Below the pieces are notes generated by a model. It worked only from the letters and a program-made list of their open reading frames with translations. It made no database searches and was not told the DNA's origin. DNA of 64,000 nucleotides, from positions 57,593 through 121,592 of the forward strand of contig OZ241971.1 of assembly GCA_965204155.1 (NCBI GenBank). Direction: 5' to 3'. The position numbers and the translations under genes were made by a program. Below are positions 38,759 through 48,755 of this stretch, piece by piece. Every line of letters begins with the position of its first letter. The first letter of the stretch is position 1. The DNA comes from Candidatus Rariloculaceae bacterium (lineage in GTDB: Bacteria > Pseudomonadota > Gammaproteobacteria > Steroidobacterales > Rariloculaceae).

Positions 38759-39865
38759 ATGAAATGCAAGCCGATTCTCATTGCTCTCGCACTGGCCGCA
38801 TGGTTGCCGGCGGGACTCGCGCACCACTCGACGGCGGTCGATTTCGAAAAGGGCACCGAGATTGCGATCGAAGGCGTCATCACGCACACCGAGTTCGTCA
38901 ACCCGCATACGCGGTTCTATGTGGACGTAACGGGCGATGACGGAACCGTCGAGAACTGGCAGATCGAGACGCGCCCGGCACGCAACCTCGCAAACAGCGG
39001 TGTCACGCCGGATACCGTGAAAATGGGGACCCTCGTGCGTGCGGAGGGCGAGCCGAGCCGGCGTGGCCAGCGGTCCATGTGGTTGACCGGTCTCACCATC
39101 GAGGACGGGCCGCGCATTGCGTTCATCGACGCGGACGGCGGAAATGCGGGCGGCGGACAACAACAGGCCGGGCGGCGGCCTCCCGTCCTGCCGGCCGATT
39201 GGACGACGTTCTCCGAGATCGGGGCTGAGTATTCAAACGACGCGCCCTTCGATATCAGCGGAGGATGGAGCGGACGCTACAGATTCACGGTAACGGTCGA
39301 CGACCTTGAACCCAAGCCGGTACCCGCGACGGACGAGGCGCTGCGCCTGCGCGCGGAGAACCAGGTGTTCGGCACGGACGACGCATTGCGCTGTATCGGT
39401 GTCGGCCTGCCGCGGTTGTTCGGCAGTCCGGGCAACATGGAGATCTACGACCAGGGGCCGTTCTACCTGTTCGTCTATGTCAGCGGGGTCAGGCGTGTTT
39501 ACATGGACGGCCGCCAGGCGCCCGACGACTGGCCGCTGAGCATGTTGGGCTACTCGACGGGGCGCTGGGAGGGCGAATCGCTCGTCATCGAAACCACGCA
39601 CCTGAAACCCATGTGGCTCGATGGCAGCGGCTGGCCGATGTCCGGCGCCGAGACGCGCACTGTCGAGACGTATACGCCGTCGAACGATGGCGCAACCCTG
39701 GAAAGGACAATGACCATCCATGATCCGCTCTACACGGAACCGCTCGTACGCACCCGCGGCTTCGCTCGCAGTAATGACGCGTTGCGCGAGGGAATCTGCG
39801 ATCCGCAGGGGTTTTACCGCGACCTGCTGAACGAGGGTCTGATCGAGGATTATCTCGCGCTGTAA
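38759..39865 (+). CDS. Secreted DUF6152-like + partner domain
   Basis: GLA-HHSTAVDF, FVNPH, WQIE; DDALRC, GYSTGRWEGESLV, GICDP. Confidence 0.85.
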   Translation: MKCKPILIALALAAWLPAGLAHHSTAVDFEKGTEIAIEGVITHTEFVNPHTRFYVDVTGDDGTVENWQIETRPARNLANSGVTPDTVKMGTLVRAEGEPSRRGQRSMWLTGLTIEDGPRIAFIDADGGNAGGGQQQAGRRPPVLPADWTTFSEIGAEYSNDAPFDISGGWSGRYRFTVTVDDLEPKPVPATDEALRLRAENQVFGTDDALRCIGVGLPRLFGSPGNMEIYDQGPFYLFVYVSGVRRVYMDGRQAPDDWPLSMLGYSTGRWEGESLVIETTHLKPMWLDGSGWPMSGAETRTVETYTPSNDGATLERTMTIHDPLYTEPLVRTRGFARSNDALREGICDPQGFYRDLLNEGLIEDYLAL

Positions 39866-39922
39866 CGGTAGGAGGAGGCGCTAAAATTCTTGTGTTCTGC
39901 AAGTAACAGGCGGGCCAAACCG

Positions 39923-41068
39923 ATGAAATACAAGCCAATTCTCATTGCTTTCGTATTGGCCACATGGTTGCCGACAACACTCGCGCACCACAGCCGTTCG
40001 ATGTTCGACAGCGACACGCGAATCTCGGTGACGGGCGAGGTGACGCGAGTCGACTTCGTCAATCCCCACGTGTTCATCTACGTGGAAGGCGTCACTGAAA
40101 GCGGCGAGGTCGAGGAGTGGGGATTCGAGCTGCATTCGCCGAGCCACATGAACTTCAACGGATGGAAGACGGATACGCTGGAGGTTGGCGACCCGGTGGT
40201 TGCGTCCGGGAACCCGCCTCGCTCGGGCGCACGAAGGATCGCCGGAGGCGCGTCATTCACCCTGGCGAATGGAGAAGTCATCACCGCCGACAGAGGCCCG
40301 GACGCAGCCCCGGCCCGGGCTGCCGCGGAAGCCCCAACGGTATCCGAAGGCCGGGGCGGGCCGGCCGCGGGTGGACCTGGCAGGGACATGTCGGCCGGAG
40401 CGACGCCCAACGACGGGTGGAACGGCCTCTACCAGGTCGCTCCGCCCGATGGGATCTTCGGGCCGCCCGGGATACTGTATGAGCGGCCCTCCCGGGACGT
40501 TCGTGCGGAGTTTGCCGGGCTGTCCGGGCAATCCACTCGTTTCGTGCCCGTATTGAATGAGAAGGGAATGGCCGCCGGCCGGGCGTTCGGCAGCGATGCA
40601 TCGGACAGGCCCTGGTGCTCTCCGGACCCCTATCTTTTCGCGCATCATGAGAATTCCTACGTCGTGCAGATCGATCGCGGCCCGGAGCAGTTCGTTCTTC
40701 GCCGGGACGGCCATGAGCTGGTCGTTCATATCGACGGCGAGCATCCCCCGGCTGACGAACTCTTCACCTGGGGTTACGCGGTCGGGCAATGGGAGGGCGA
40801 GGTCCTGACCGTGGATGTCAGGAACTACGAACCCAATCCCTGGGGACTGGCGCGCGGGCTTCCGTCGGGTGCTCAGAAGCGCGTCACGCATGTTTTCCGC
40901 TGGCGCGAGGACCGAACGGCGCTGGATGTCGACACGACGATGTTCGATCCCGAGTACATGACCGCGCCGTTCACGATCGAGACGAGCTTCTTCCACAAGG
41001 AATACCTGGAGCTTTCTCCACCGATCGCGTGCCTTGAGCAAACCTATGAAGCGATACCGGCGGAATAA
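39923..41068 (+). CDS. Secreted DUF6152-like + partner domain (close paralog of 1808-2938)
   Basis: TLA-HHSRSMFD, FVNPHV, WGFE; long near-identical blocks with 1808-2938. Confidence 0.85.
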   Translation: MKYKPILIAFVLATWLPTTLAHHSRSMFDSDTRISVTGEVTRVDFVNPHVFIYVEGVTESGEVEEWGFELHSPSHMNFNGWKTDTLEVGDPVVASGNPPRSGARRIAGGASFTLANGEVITADRGPDAAPARAAAEAPTVSEGRGGPAAGGPGRDMSAGATPNDGWNGLYQVAPPDGIFGPPGILYERPSRDVRAEFAGLSGQSTRFVPVLNEKGMAAGRAFGSDASDRPWCSPDPYLFAHHENSYVVQIDRGPEQFVLRRDGHELVVHIDGEHPPADELFTWGYAVGQWEGEVLTVDVRNYEPNPWGLARGLPSGAQKRVTHVFRWREDRTALDVDTTMFDPEYMTAPFTIETSFFHKEYLELSPPIACLEQTYEAIPAE

Positions 41069-41098
41069 GCGATCGAATCATTTTGGGAGGAAATACCG

Positions 41099-41920
41099 AT
41101 GAAAAATCCTGTGGCTGTCTGCCTGTTGCTGGCTATGGCGGCGCCGGTCTCGTACGCGCATCACAGTCTCGCGATCTACAACGAAAACGAGCTGGTGTCG
41201 GTGACCGGCAACGTGGTCGAGTGGTTCCGGGGAAGGCCGCACTCGTACCTCAGGATAGAAGGGAGGGACGAGTTCGGGAACGAGAACACCTGGTATCTCG
41301 ACTTCGGCAGCACGAGCCGGCTCGTCAACACCAATGAATGGGACGATTCGACCTTCGACATCGGCGATGAGCTTTCCGTGATCGGCTTCCCGTCCCGTCT
41401 CAAGGACACCGACATCCTGGTGGAAAGCATGGTGGCGCCGTTCGGCAGCTTCGGCATGACCGAATCCTATTTCGGCGATCCCGATGACGCCGGGCCGATA
41501 CCGGAGTGGATAACGCTCCCCGCGATCGAGCTGTCGGGCACGATTGCCAGATCGGAATGGACAGGCTCCAGTGTCACGGTATGGGTACGCGGCTCGGTCG
41601 ACGGTGAAGCCGAGCGCGACTACGAGGTTCGCTTGTCCGCACCGGCATCGCTCTACGACATCCTTGCGATCTCCGAAGATCATGTTGCCCCGGGAAATGC
41701 AGCGAGAGTCGACGGCTACCTGGCTGATGAGGGTGAGCGGCTGATCGTCTTTCCCCGAATAGTGGACTTCGGCGACAGGGGACCGGTGAGAACGGCGATG
41801 ATGACCCAGAGAGCGGTTGCAGCGTACCTGGGCGTGGAAGTCCAGGGCCGGCGAGGCCCACCGGCCGGAATGGGCGGAGTGGATCGCGGCGGAGCGGGAA
41901 GTAACGAGGAAACGCCATGA
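41099..41920 (+). CDS. Secreted tandem DUF6152-like protein with Gly-rich tail
   Basis: SYA-HHSLAIY, GRPHSYL, ERDYEV second repeat. Confidence 0.78.
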   Translation: MKNPVAVCLLLAMAAPVSYAHHSLAIYNENELVSVTGNVVEWFRGRPHSYLRIEGRDEFGNENTWYLDFGSTSRLVNTNEWDDSTFDIGDELSVIGFPSRLKDTDILVESMVAPFGSFGMTESYFGDPDDAGPIPEWITLPAIELSGTIARSEWTGSSVTVWVRGSVDGEAERDYEVRLSAPASLYDILAISEDHVAPGNAARVDGYLADEGERLIVFPRIVDFGDRGPVRTAMMTQRAVAAYLGVEVQGRRGPPAGMGGVDRGGAGSNEETP

Positions 41921-42768
41921 AATACCAATCCATCGTATTCGGGCCGATGCTGGCCGTACTGATGCCGATTGCTGACGCGCATCACAGCACGACGATTTTT
42001 GACCAGGCGCAGACCGTCTCCTTCACCGGTACGGTGGTGGAGTGGTATTCGGGCCGGCCCCACGCCTATCTCAGGGTTCTTGCAACCGACGAATCGGGTG
42101 CGGAAACAACCTACACGCTCGAGTGGGGCGGCGTCAGCGCAATGGTTCGCGAGAACGACTGGGACGATTCGACCTTCGCTTTGGGCGATACGGTCAGTGT
42201 CACGGGCTTTCCGTCCCGGGTGCGCGACGGCGATATCCTGGTTGAGACCATGGACACCAATTTCGGCGCCTTCGCCATAGACGAACCCTACAGCTCGGAG
42301 GTCACTGCCGAGTCGCGCTTCGCCCCGCCGCCGGCGGGGATGGATTTGCCGGTTATCAAGATTACCGGCGTCGCGACCGGTGCCGACTGGCAGGATTCCG
42401 ATAACGCGATCGGTCACGTACGGGGCGCGGTGGAGGGCGAGGCCGAACGCGACTACCAGATCCACCTCGGCGATGCGACGTTCGCCTACGAGAACTTCTA
42501 CCTCAAGGAGGCGGATTTCGCACCGGGCACGCCGGTCATTGCGGAAGGCTTTCTGGCAGAGGAAGACACGCGTTTGATCCTGTTCCCGCGCTACATGGGT
42601 ATCGGCGACCAGCCGCCGTCACGACTGGGCCAGATTGGAAACATCATGGCGTCGCAGTATGTCGGCCTGGAATTCAGGTTTGAAGGTGGTGGCGGTCGCG
42701 GCGGAAACGCAGGCGGGCGTCCCGGCGGCGCTGGCGGGATGGCGCGCGGAGATGGCGCTGACGAGTAA
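41917..42768 (+). CDS. Secreted tandem DUF6152-like protein with Gly-rich tail
   Basis: ADA-HHSTTIFD, GRPHAYL, ERDYQI; ATGA overlap with the upstream gene. Confidence 0.78.
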   Translation: MKYQSIVFGPMLAVLMPIADAHHSTTIFDQAQTVSFTGTVVEWYSGRPHAYLRVLATDESGAETTYTLEWGGVSAMVRENDWDDSTFALGDTVSVTGFPSRVRDGDILVETMDTNFGAFAIDEPYSSEVTAESRFAPPPAGMDLPVIKITGVATGADWQDSDNAIGHVRGAVEGEAERDYQIHLGDATFAYENFYLKEADFAPGTPVIAEGFLAEEDTRLILFPRYMGIGDQPPSRLGQIGNIMASQYVGLEFRFEGGGGRGGNAGGRPGGAGGMARGDGADE

Positions 42769-42781
42769 TGGGGGATTACCG

Positions 42782-43612
42782 ATGGGTACGAAATTTCTGG
42801 CGGGCGGACTTGTCATGGCGTTGGGTGCTTCGCTTGCGTTCGCACATCACAGCCCGGCGCTTTATTTCAGAGACCAGATGGTGTCCGTGTCGGGTGTTGT
42901 GACCGAATGGCACTCGGGCCGCCCGCACGCCTACCTCGAGTTCGCCGGAACCGATGAGTCCGGCAACGAGAAGACGTACCGGATCGATTTCGGCGGTGGC
43001 AGTCTCATGGTGCGCGAAAACGAATGGGACGAGTCGACCTTCAGTCCGGGCGACGAGATCAGCGTGACAGGCAACCCGCCGCGCAGGGGCGATAACGAAA
43101 TCCTGATCAATACACTCGTCACCGATTTTGGACGGTTTACGCAGAGCAGGCCACACGGCGTACGGGCAGATCCGGCGGGTGGGCAAGCGCTGGGCCGTGG
43201 GCTGCCGATCATCGGGATCGACGCCACCGTAACGAGGGCGGACTGGAGTGAACCCAACGTCGTGCTATACGTGCGCGGCGGGGCCGATGGCGAGGCGGAA
43301 CGCGATTACGAGGTACTGCTGAGCGACCCGCCGATGTTGCTGGAGTTTGCGTATTTCACCGCCGACGACGCTGCGCCGGGTACGCCGGTTTCCGTGGACG
43401 GTTTTCTCGTGGAAGACGGTGATCGTGCGATCATTGTTCCGAATGATCTCGATCTCGGGGACCGCGGGCCGATCATCTATTCGCGATTCGTTCCGGGCCT
43501 GATTGCCGTGGCTCTCGGCGAGGAAGCCCCGGCGGGCGGCATGGGCCGCGCTCCGGGCGGCGAAGGCCCGGCAGGCGGCATGGGCCGCTTTGGCGGCGGT
43601 GGCGCCCAGTAG
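42782..43612 (+). CDS. Secreted tandem DUF6152-like protein with Gly/Met-rich tail
   Basis: AFA-HHSPALYF, GRPHAYL, ERDYEV; tail AGGMGR x2. Confidence 0.78.
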   Translation: MGTKFLAGGLVMALGASLAFAHHSPALYFRDQMVSVSGVVTEWHSGRPHAYLEFAGTDESGNEKTYRIDFGGGSLMVRENEWDESTFSPGDEISVTGNPPRRGDNEILINTLVTDFGRFTQSRPHGVRADPAGGQALGRGLPIIGIDATVTRADWSEPNVVLYVRGGADGEAERDYEVLLSDPPMLLEFAYFTADDAAPGTPVSVDGFLVEDGDRAIIVPNDLDLGDRGPIIYSRFVPGLIAVALGEEAPAGGMGRAPGGEGPAGGMGRFGGGGAQ

Positions 43613-43830
43613 GGACCGCATCAGGTCGAGTTCGCCGGGCCGATTGCCGCGGTAACCAGTACGAACGGCTCGCGGGCGCACAAGTAACGTTGATCGGGCA
43701 CCGAGCGGGCACTGGAACGGGTTCCGGTACGCGCGCTGGAACGAGTTTCGTTACGCACTCCGGGACAGGTGCCGGTGCGGGGTCTGGGGTATCATTGACC
43801 AGTACCTCTATCTCCGAACAGGTGGTTGCC

Positions 43831-44250
43831 ATGACTAATGTTTTTCGTAGCGGTTCTCCGTTGCCGTTCCTGACGGCCCTCTTTCTCTTGCTTATTTCCA
43901 CTTTCGCCTGGGCGCATCACGGCTGGACAGGCTATACCAGCGACATAGAAACGACCGTGGTGGTGACCGAACTCCATTTGGGCGCCGCGCATGACCAGTT
44001 GGTCGCAACCGACAGCGAAGGTCAGACCTGGGACCTGGTGCTGGCAACGCCCAATCGGAACCGTCGCCTGGGGTTTGACGAAAACACGCTGTCGGTGGGT
44101 GACGAGATCGATATTCTGGGCCGACTGCACCCTGCCAGGCCGGAAATCAAGGTGCACTGCATCTACATGAACGGCGAAACGACCTATACCTATTACGACT
44201 TCGACGGCACGACCAGCCTCTCCAAGCACAGCGACAGAGATCAGTGCTAG
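43831..44250 (+). CDS. Secreted stand-alone divergent DUF6152-like protein
   Basis: AWA-HHGWTGY, GAAHDQL in place of NPH, GFDENTLSVGDEI. Confidence 0.72.
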   Translation: MTNVFRSGSPLPFLTALFLLLISTFAWAHHGWTGYTSDIETTVVVTELHLGAAHDQLVATDSEGQTWDLVLATPNRNRRLGFDENTLSVGDEIDILGRLHPARPEIKVHCIYMNGETTYTYYDFDGTTSLSKHSDRDQC

Positions 44251-44490
44251 CTGAATAGACCTGGCGGAACCGCAGCCTGAACAACGGCTGCGGTACCGAT
44301 TCGATTGACTTCACAACAAAGCCGGCCGCGAAATTTGCCGAACCGGTACGAGAACCTTATGGTCCCGGACGGCGCCCCGCCGGGCATACTCAGTTGCTGA
44401 CGAAGAATGCGCGTCCTTTCGCAGATTTCGAAAGGGGATGTTGCGTACACTGGGAACCGCAACAGAAAGTCAGCGTTGCAGGGAGATCCC

Positions 44491-45414
44491 ATGGTTACCC
44501 GAGAACTCTTGACAGCTTCTCTCTTGATGGCCCTTATGCCCGTCACGGTCGCTCATCACAGTACGGCGATCTATGACAAGGATACGCAAGTATCCGCGTC
44601 GGGTACCGTAACCGACTGGTTCACGGGCCGGCCGCATTATGCGCTCACCTTCGTCGGTTCCGACGAGTTCGGCAACGAACAGACCTATGTACTGGATTTC
44701 GGCGGCATCAGCTCGTTGCCTCGTGAAAACAATTGGGACGATTCGACGTTTCAGGCGGGTGACCGGGTCAGCGTGGTTGGCAATCCTTCGCAACTGCGCA
44801 ACGACAACCGCATCCTGGTCGAGTCCCTCGGCACCGAATTCGGCGAGTATTCCGTCCAGCCGCGGGAGCCGACCAACGGGACCGGACCGCCGTTCTTCGT
44901 GCCCATCCCCGAGGAGATCGCGCTGCCTACGATCGAGATGCTCGCCATGCCGACAGGATGGGATTGGGCGGACCCGGCGGTCATTGTCAACGTGCACGGC
45001 GACGCGGAGGGCCAGCCGCCACGCGACTACGAAGTTCACCTGCCCGGCGCGACGGCGCTGCTCGAGGAGCATGATTTCAGCGAGGACGATTTGCAGGAGG
45101 ATGCGAACCTCATCGTCGCGGGCTTCCTGGTCGAAGAAGGCGGCCGCGCGATGGTCTTTCCGGCGATGTTCGGAATCCTGGGACAGCGGGGCCTGCGATT
45201 TCCCTACCACGGGCTGCAGATCGCCCACGACTACCTGGGCCTCGAATATACGCCTCCCGAGCGCGACGCACGGGCAACCGGGCGCCCGGGGCCGCCCGGT
45301 GGAGTCCGAGGCGCTGCCGGCCGAGAGCCTGGTGGCGCTGGAGGCCCTGGAGGCCGCGGGCCGGGTGGCGCTGGAGATGCCCGAGGCGAGGGCGAGGACC
45401 CCGAAGGCGAGTGA
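44491..45414 (+). CDS. Secreted tandem DUF6152-like protein with Gly/Pro/Arg-rich tail
   Basis: TVA-HHSTAIYD, GRPHYAL, PRDYEV; GGGAG RBS. Confidence 0.78.
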   Translation: MVTRELLTASLLMALMPVTVAHHSTAIYDKDTQVSASGTVTDWFTGRPHYALTFVGSDEFGNEQTYVLDFGGISSLPRENNWDDSTFQAGDRVSVVGNPSQLRNDNRILVESLGTEFGEYSVQPREPTNGTGPPFFVPIPEEIALPTIEMLAMPTGWDWADPAVIVNVHGDAEGQPPRDYEVHLPGATALLEEHDFSEDDLQEDANLIVAGFLVEEGGRAMVFPAMFGILGQRGLRFPYHGLQIAHDYLGLEYTPPERDARATGRPGPPGGVRGAAGREPGGAGGPGGRGPGGAGDARGEGEDPEGE

Positions 45415-45560
45415 CTCGTTAGCCTCTGACTGACAATCAACTCGACTGCCCGCACATTCCGCCGCAGGCAATTAACGTTGCCGTAATCTTTCACCGTGCG
45501 AACCGGGCACAACGCGCCCGAGCCTGACAACCGGATCACGGCCCGGGAACCGGCGCACGG

Positions 45561-46904
45561 TCAAACCGGAACGTGCTCTTCCCGGTCCTGCAGCAACGTG
45601 CGCCCGACAAGCAGGAAGCAGATAGCGGCCGCCACATCCCCCGCCACCATGATCATCATGGCCGCGCGCAGGCTGTCTGCCGATCCCAGTGTGCATGAAA
45701 CACCCGCCTCGCTGTCCAGGCAAAGCCAGCGCAGGGCACTGTCCGCCGGGATCCCCATCCCCGCGAAGAAGTCGCTGAGGGCGCCCAGGATCGGCGGGCC
45801 CAGCGCCAGGCCCAGGAGGCTCACGAACAGCAGCAGGATGGCCACGGCCGTCGAACGCATGCGCGGCGGGGCGATGGACTGGTTGATGGCGAACATCGGC
45901 CCCAGATAGCAGAAATGGCAGACGACCGCGGCCATGAGAAAGATCATGGCCGTGCGCGGGCCGTCGGCGAACAGTCCCGTGAGGTAGAGCGGAACCCCCA
46001 GCGCGACCCCGATTCCCGGAAGCCAGCTCTGCGCCGTGGGGAATCGCCGCATCAGTCGGTCCGCCAGCACGCCGCCGGAGAAGGTCCCGATACCAGCGGC
46101 AACGCCCGTCACCATGCCGACGGAAAGACCAGCCGCGGCAAGGTTCAGCTCATGGACGCGCACGAAATATGAGGTCAGGTATTGCCCCAGGCTGAATCCG
46201 CCGAGGGCTGCGAAGACGGTTCCGGCGACGACGAAACGATAGGTCGGCTTGCCGAACAGGTACCGGGCGGCCGGAATCAGACGGCCGGCCGCCTTGGGCG
46301 GGGTGGTTCGTTGCGGTTCTCGCACCGTGAGCCGGATCAACAACGACAGCAGAATGCCCGCAACGCCCAGAACTCCGAACGTCACACGCCATCCGTAGTT
46401 GAATGCGATCCAGGAGGCGCCCACCGCGGCCAGCAGGTTGCCCATGGGCACGCCCAGGGCAAAGATCGAAAAAGCCGTGCCCCGGCGCTCGGGCGGGAAA
46501 TAGTCGGAAATCAACGACTGCGACGGCGGGGAGCAGCCGGCCTCCCCGATGCTGACGCCGATCCGGGCCAGCAGCAGGTGAAGGTAGCTTGCCGCCAGAC
46601 CGGTCACCGCGGTCATGGCGCTCCAGAGCCCGATGGCCAGGGAGACGATGAAGACCCGGTTGCCTCGGTCCGCCCAGCGCGCGATGGGGATCCCGGTGAC
46701 CGTATAGAGGATTGCGAACGCCGGGCCTCCGAGCAGCCCGAGCTGAAAATCCGAGAGCAAAAACTCGTTTCTCAGCGGCTCCTGGAGCACGCCCACGACG
46801 ACCCGGTCCAGGAAATTGAACGTATAACCCAGCAGCAGGCACAACAGCACGTATCCGCTGTAGGCACGGGTCGGCGGTGTTGCTGTGCCGGCTAGCGGCC
46901 GCAT
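45561..46904 (-). CDS. MFS transporter (spinster-like)
   Basis: NFLDR, RWADRGNR, GEAGCSPPSQSLISDYFP. Confidence 0.88.
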   Translation of the reverse strand: MRPLAGTATPPTRAYSGYVLLCLLLGYTFNFLDRVVVGVLQEPLRNEFLLSDFQLGLLGGPAFAILYTVTGIPIARWADRGNRVFIVSLAIGLWSAMTAVTGLAASYLHLLLARIGVSIGEAGCSPPSQSLISDYFPPERRGTAFSIFALGVPMGNLLAAVGASWIAFNYGWRVTFGVLGVAGILLSLLIRLTVREPQRTTPPKAAGRLIPAARYLFGKPTYRFVVAGTVFAALGGFSLGQYLTSYFVRVHELNLAAAGLSVGMVTGVAAGIGTFSGGVLADRLMRRFPTAQSWLPGIGVALGVPLYLTGLFADGPRTAMIFLMAAVVCHFCYLGPMFAINQSIAPPRMRSTAVAILLLFVSLLGLALGPPILGALSDFFAGMGIPADSALRWLCLDSEAGVSCTLGSADSLRAAMMIMVAGDVAAAICFLLVGRTLLQDREEHVPV

Positions 46905-48523
46905 AGCGTTCGCATCAGGATGAAAGCCTCCCGCGGGACCGCATCGCCCCGCCAGGCAACGTGGAAATCGGGCCGCGCCAGCACGAGCTTCCGAGCGTGC
47001 TCGGGACGGCGCGGCATGTCCACGACATCCAGTGGTGCGTCCATGGAACGGGCGGCTGCTACCAGTGTTTCCACCGAAACGTCAGGATCGTTGCGAAACA
47101 ATGTGTACCCTGCTCCCAGCGTGTCGTACAGGGATCTCCCGTCCGGCAATTCCATGTGCGGCATACGGCAACCGGGAACCGTAGACGGCGTGTAATTGTA
47201 AACGTCATAGGTGGGCGCGTTTTCGCCGTCATAGGCGATGATGGGCGACGCATCGTAAAAATAGCCGAAGTTGAGCCCGGCGCAGCAGTAGGAGTGGAGG
47301 TTGAGTTCGTAGATGTTCTCGCGGACGTATTCGCGTGCCGAAACGCCCGCGGGCGAGTCCTCCGCAATTTCCGCCGGCACGTCCCACCGGCTCTTCAGAT
47401 GCTTCATGGAGCTGTTCATTGCGAGCTCCGAAACTTGCCCGGTGATGGGGTGCCGTTCGGCGGCGTACGCATCGAGCATGCCCTCCCCTCCCCATCCCCG
47501 GAGAACGGCATCGAGAAGCCAGCCCAGGCCCATTGCGTCGGCGATCCCGGCGTTCATGCCGTAACCGCCGAAGGGAATCCAGACGTGGGCCGCGTCCCCG
47601 GCGAGAAACACGCGGCCTTCGCGCATGCGTGTGGTCACGAGCCGCCTCCCGACCCAGTCCTGTTCGCTGATGATCTCAAGTGGAAAGTCGTCATCGACCC
47701 CGAGTATGCGCCGTAGAGCAACGTCGCGAGGGACGCTCTGCGCCCTGGCGCCCGGGCGGAGATTGCTGTTAACCATCCACTCGCTTTCGCCGTCAATGCA
47801 AAACGACGTGCCCTGAATGTCCGGCGCAACGGTGACGATACCCCACGCCGGTCCGGCAGGCATCTTCTCGATCAGCCCCGGCGCGCGGATGTGGCTCGCC
47901 TGGACATGGGCGAGTTCGGGGTCGCCCTCGAATGCCGCCCCCATGCCCTTGCGCACGGCTGAGCGGGCGCCGTCGCAGCCCACAAGGAACCTTGCCTCAA
48001 TTTCCACGTCTCCAGCGGCCCTGCAAGCGGTAGCGAAAACCGCCGTACCGTCATCGGAGAAATCGTCCACTCGGGCGCCGAACATCAACTCCAGGCCTGG
48101 CGTCGCCTGCGCCGCCGCCATCATCACCGGTTCCATATGGATCTGGTTGATGCGGTGAGGCGGCTCCAGAGTGGGCCAGTGGCTGTCCACGCTCTCGTCG
48201 CCCCGCCGGCGCCCGGACCGGCCGGCGATCGGGATATGCCCTATTTCAAACCCCGTGAAGCTCGTGCGCAGTGAAACGCTGTGAGGATACTCGTCCGGCA
48301 GACCGGCAGCACGTACATCGTCCGCGAAACCAAGCCGGCGGAAAAACTCCATCGACCTCGCCGAGACGTGGTTGCAGCGAACCGTCAGCGGCTTGGGCGT
48401 CCGTCGCTCGTCAACGACAATCACGCCATGTCCCCGCTGCGCCAGGTCGATCCCCGCAACCAGGCCCACGGGGCCGGCGCCCACCACGAGGACATCGCAG
48501 ACTCTCTTGTTGTTGGTCACCAT
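46892..48523 (-). CDS. FAD-dependent monooxygenase (aromatic hydroxylase family)
   Basis: VVGAGPVG, VGCDGARS, FLAGDAAH..P.GG.GMN.GIADA, PGCRMPH, RPD.HVAWRG. Confidence 0.92.
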   Translation of the reverse strand: MVTNNKRVCDVLVVGAGPVGLVAGIDLAQRGHGVIVVDERRTPKPLTVRCNHVSARSMEFFRRLGFADDVRAAGLPDEYPHSVSLRTSFTGFEIGHIPIAGRSGRRRGDESVDSHWPTLEPPHRINQIHMEPVMMAAAQATPGLELMFGARVDDFSDDGTAVFATACRAAGDVEIEARFLVGCDGARSAVRKGMGAAFEGDPELAHVQASHIRAPGLIEKMPAGPAWGIVTVAPDIQGTSFCIDGESEWMVNSNLRPGARAQSVPRDVALRRILGVDDDFPLEIISEQDWVGRRLVTTRMREGRVFLAGDAAHVWIPFGGYGMNAGIADAMGLGWLLDAVLRGWGGEGMLDAYAAERHPITGQVSELAMNSSMKHLKSRWDVPAEIAEDSPAGVSAREYVRENIYELNLHSYCCAGLNFGYFYDASPIIAYDGENAPTYDVYNYTPSTVPGCRMPHMELPDGRSLYDTLGAGYTLFRNDPDVSVETLVAAARSMDAPLDVVDMPRRPEHARKLVLARPDFHVAWRGDAVPREAFILMRTLCGR

Positions 48524-48585
48524 CGGGGAACCTCGGGAGCACGGGACACTTCTGGTACCAATGATGACCGCTGCCCGAGATCAGA

Positions 48586-48601
48586 TCAATCGAATGATTG
48601 A
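48586..48601. promoter_or_regulatory. Palindromic operator candidate TCAATC-N4-GATTGA
   Basis: Perfect 6-bp arms in the divergent region between the monooxygenase and the TetR fusion. Related copies at 50657, 52691 and 55508. Confidence 0.55.
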
Positions 48602-48755
48602 AAATTCTTGTCTATTGTGGAGAATGCCCAACGAGTCCCGAACAACGGGACTCCGTTCTCCCATGCAAGGCCACCTGGCGCGAGCGACGCGCATTGCTTG
48701 TTACCAATTCAATCGTGTTAGGGTATTAGTCACATAATGACACGGTGGGTGGTCC

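Noticed and set aside
43690-43830. Gly/Thr-rich N-terminal extension (GTGTGSGT...) of the stand-alone DUF6152
   Set aside because: It would bury the signal peptide. An ATG with RBS-like AGGTGG exists at 43831. The short ctggaacg repeat is too weak to call.
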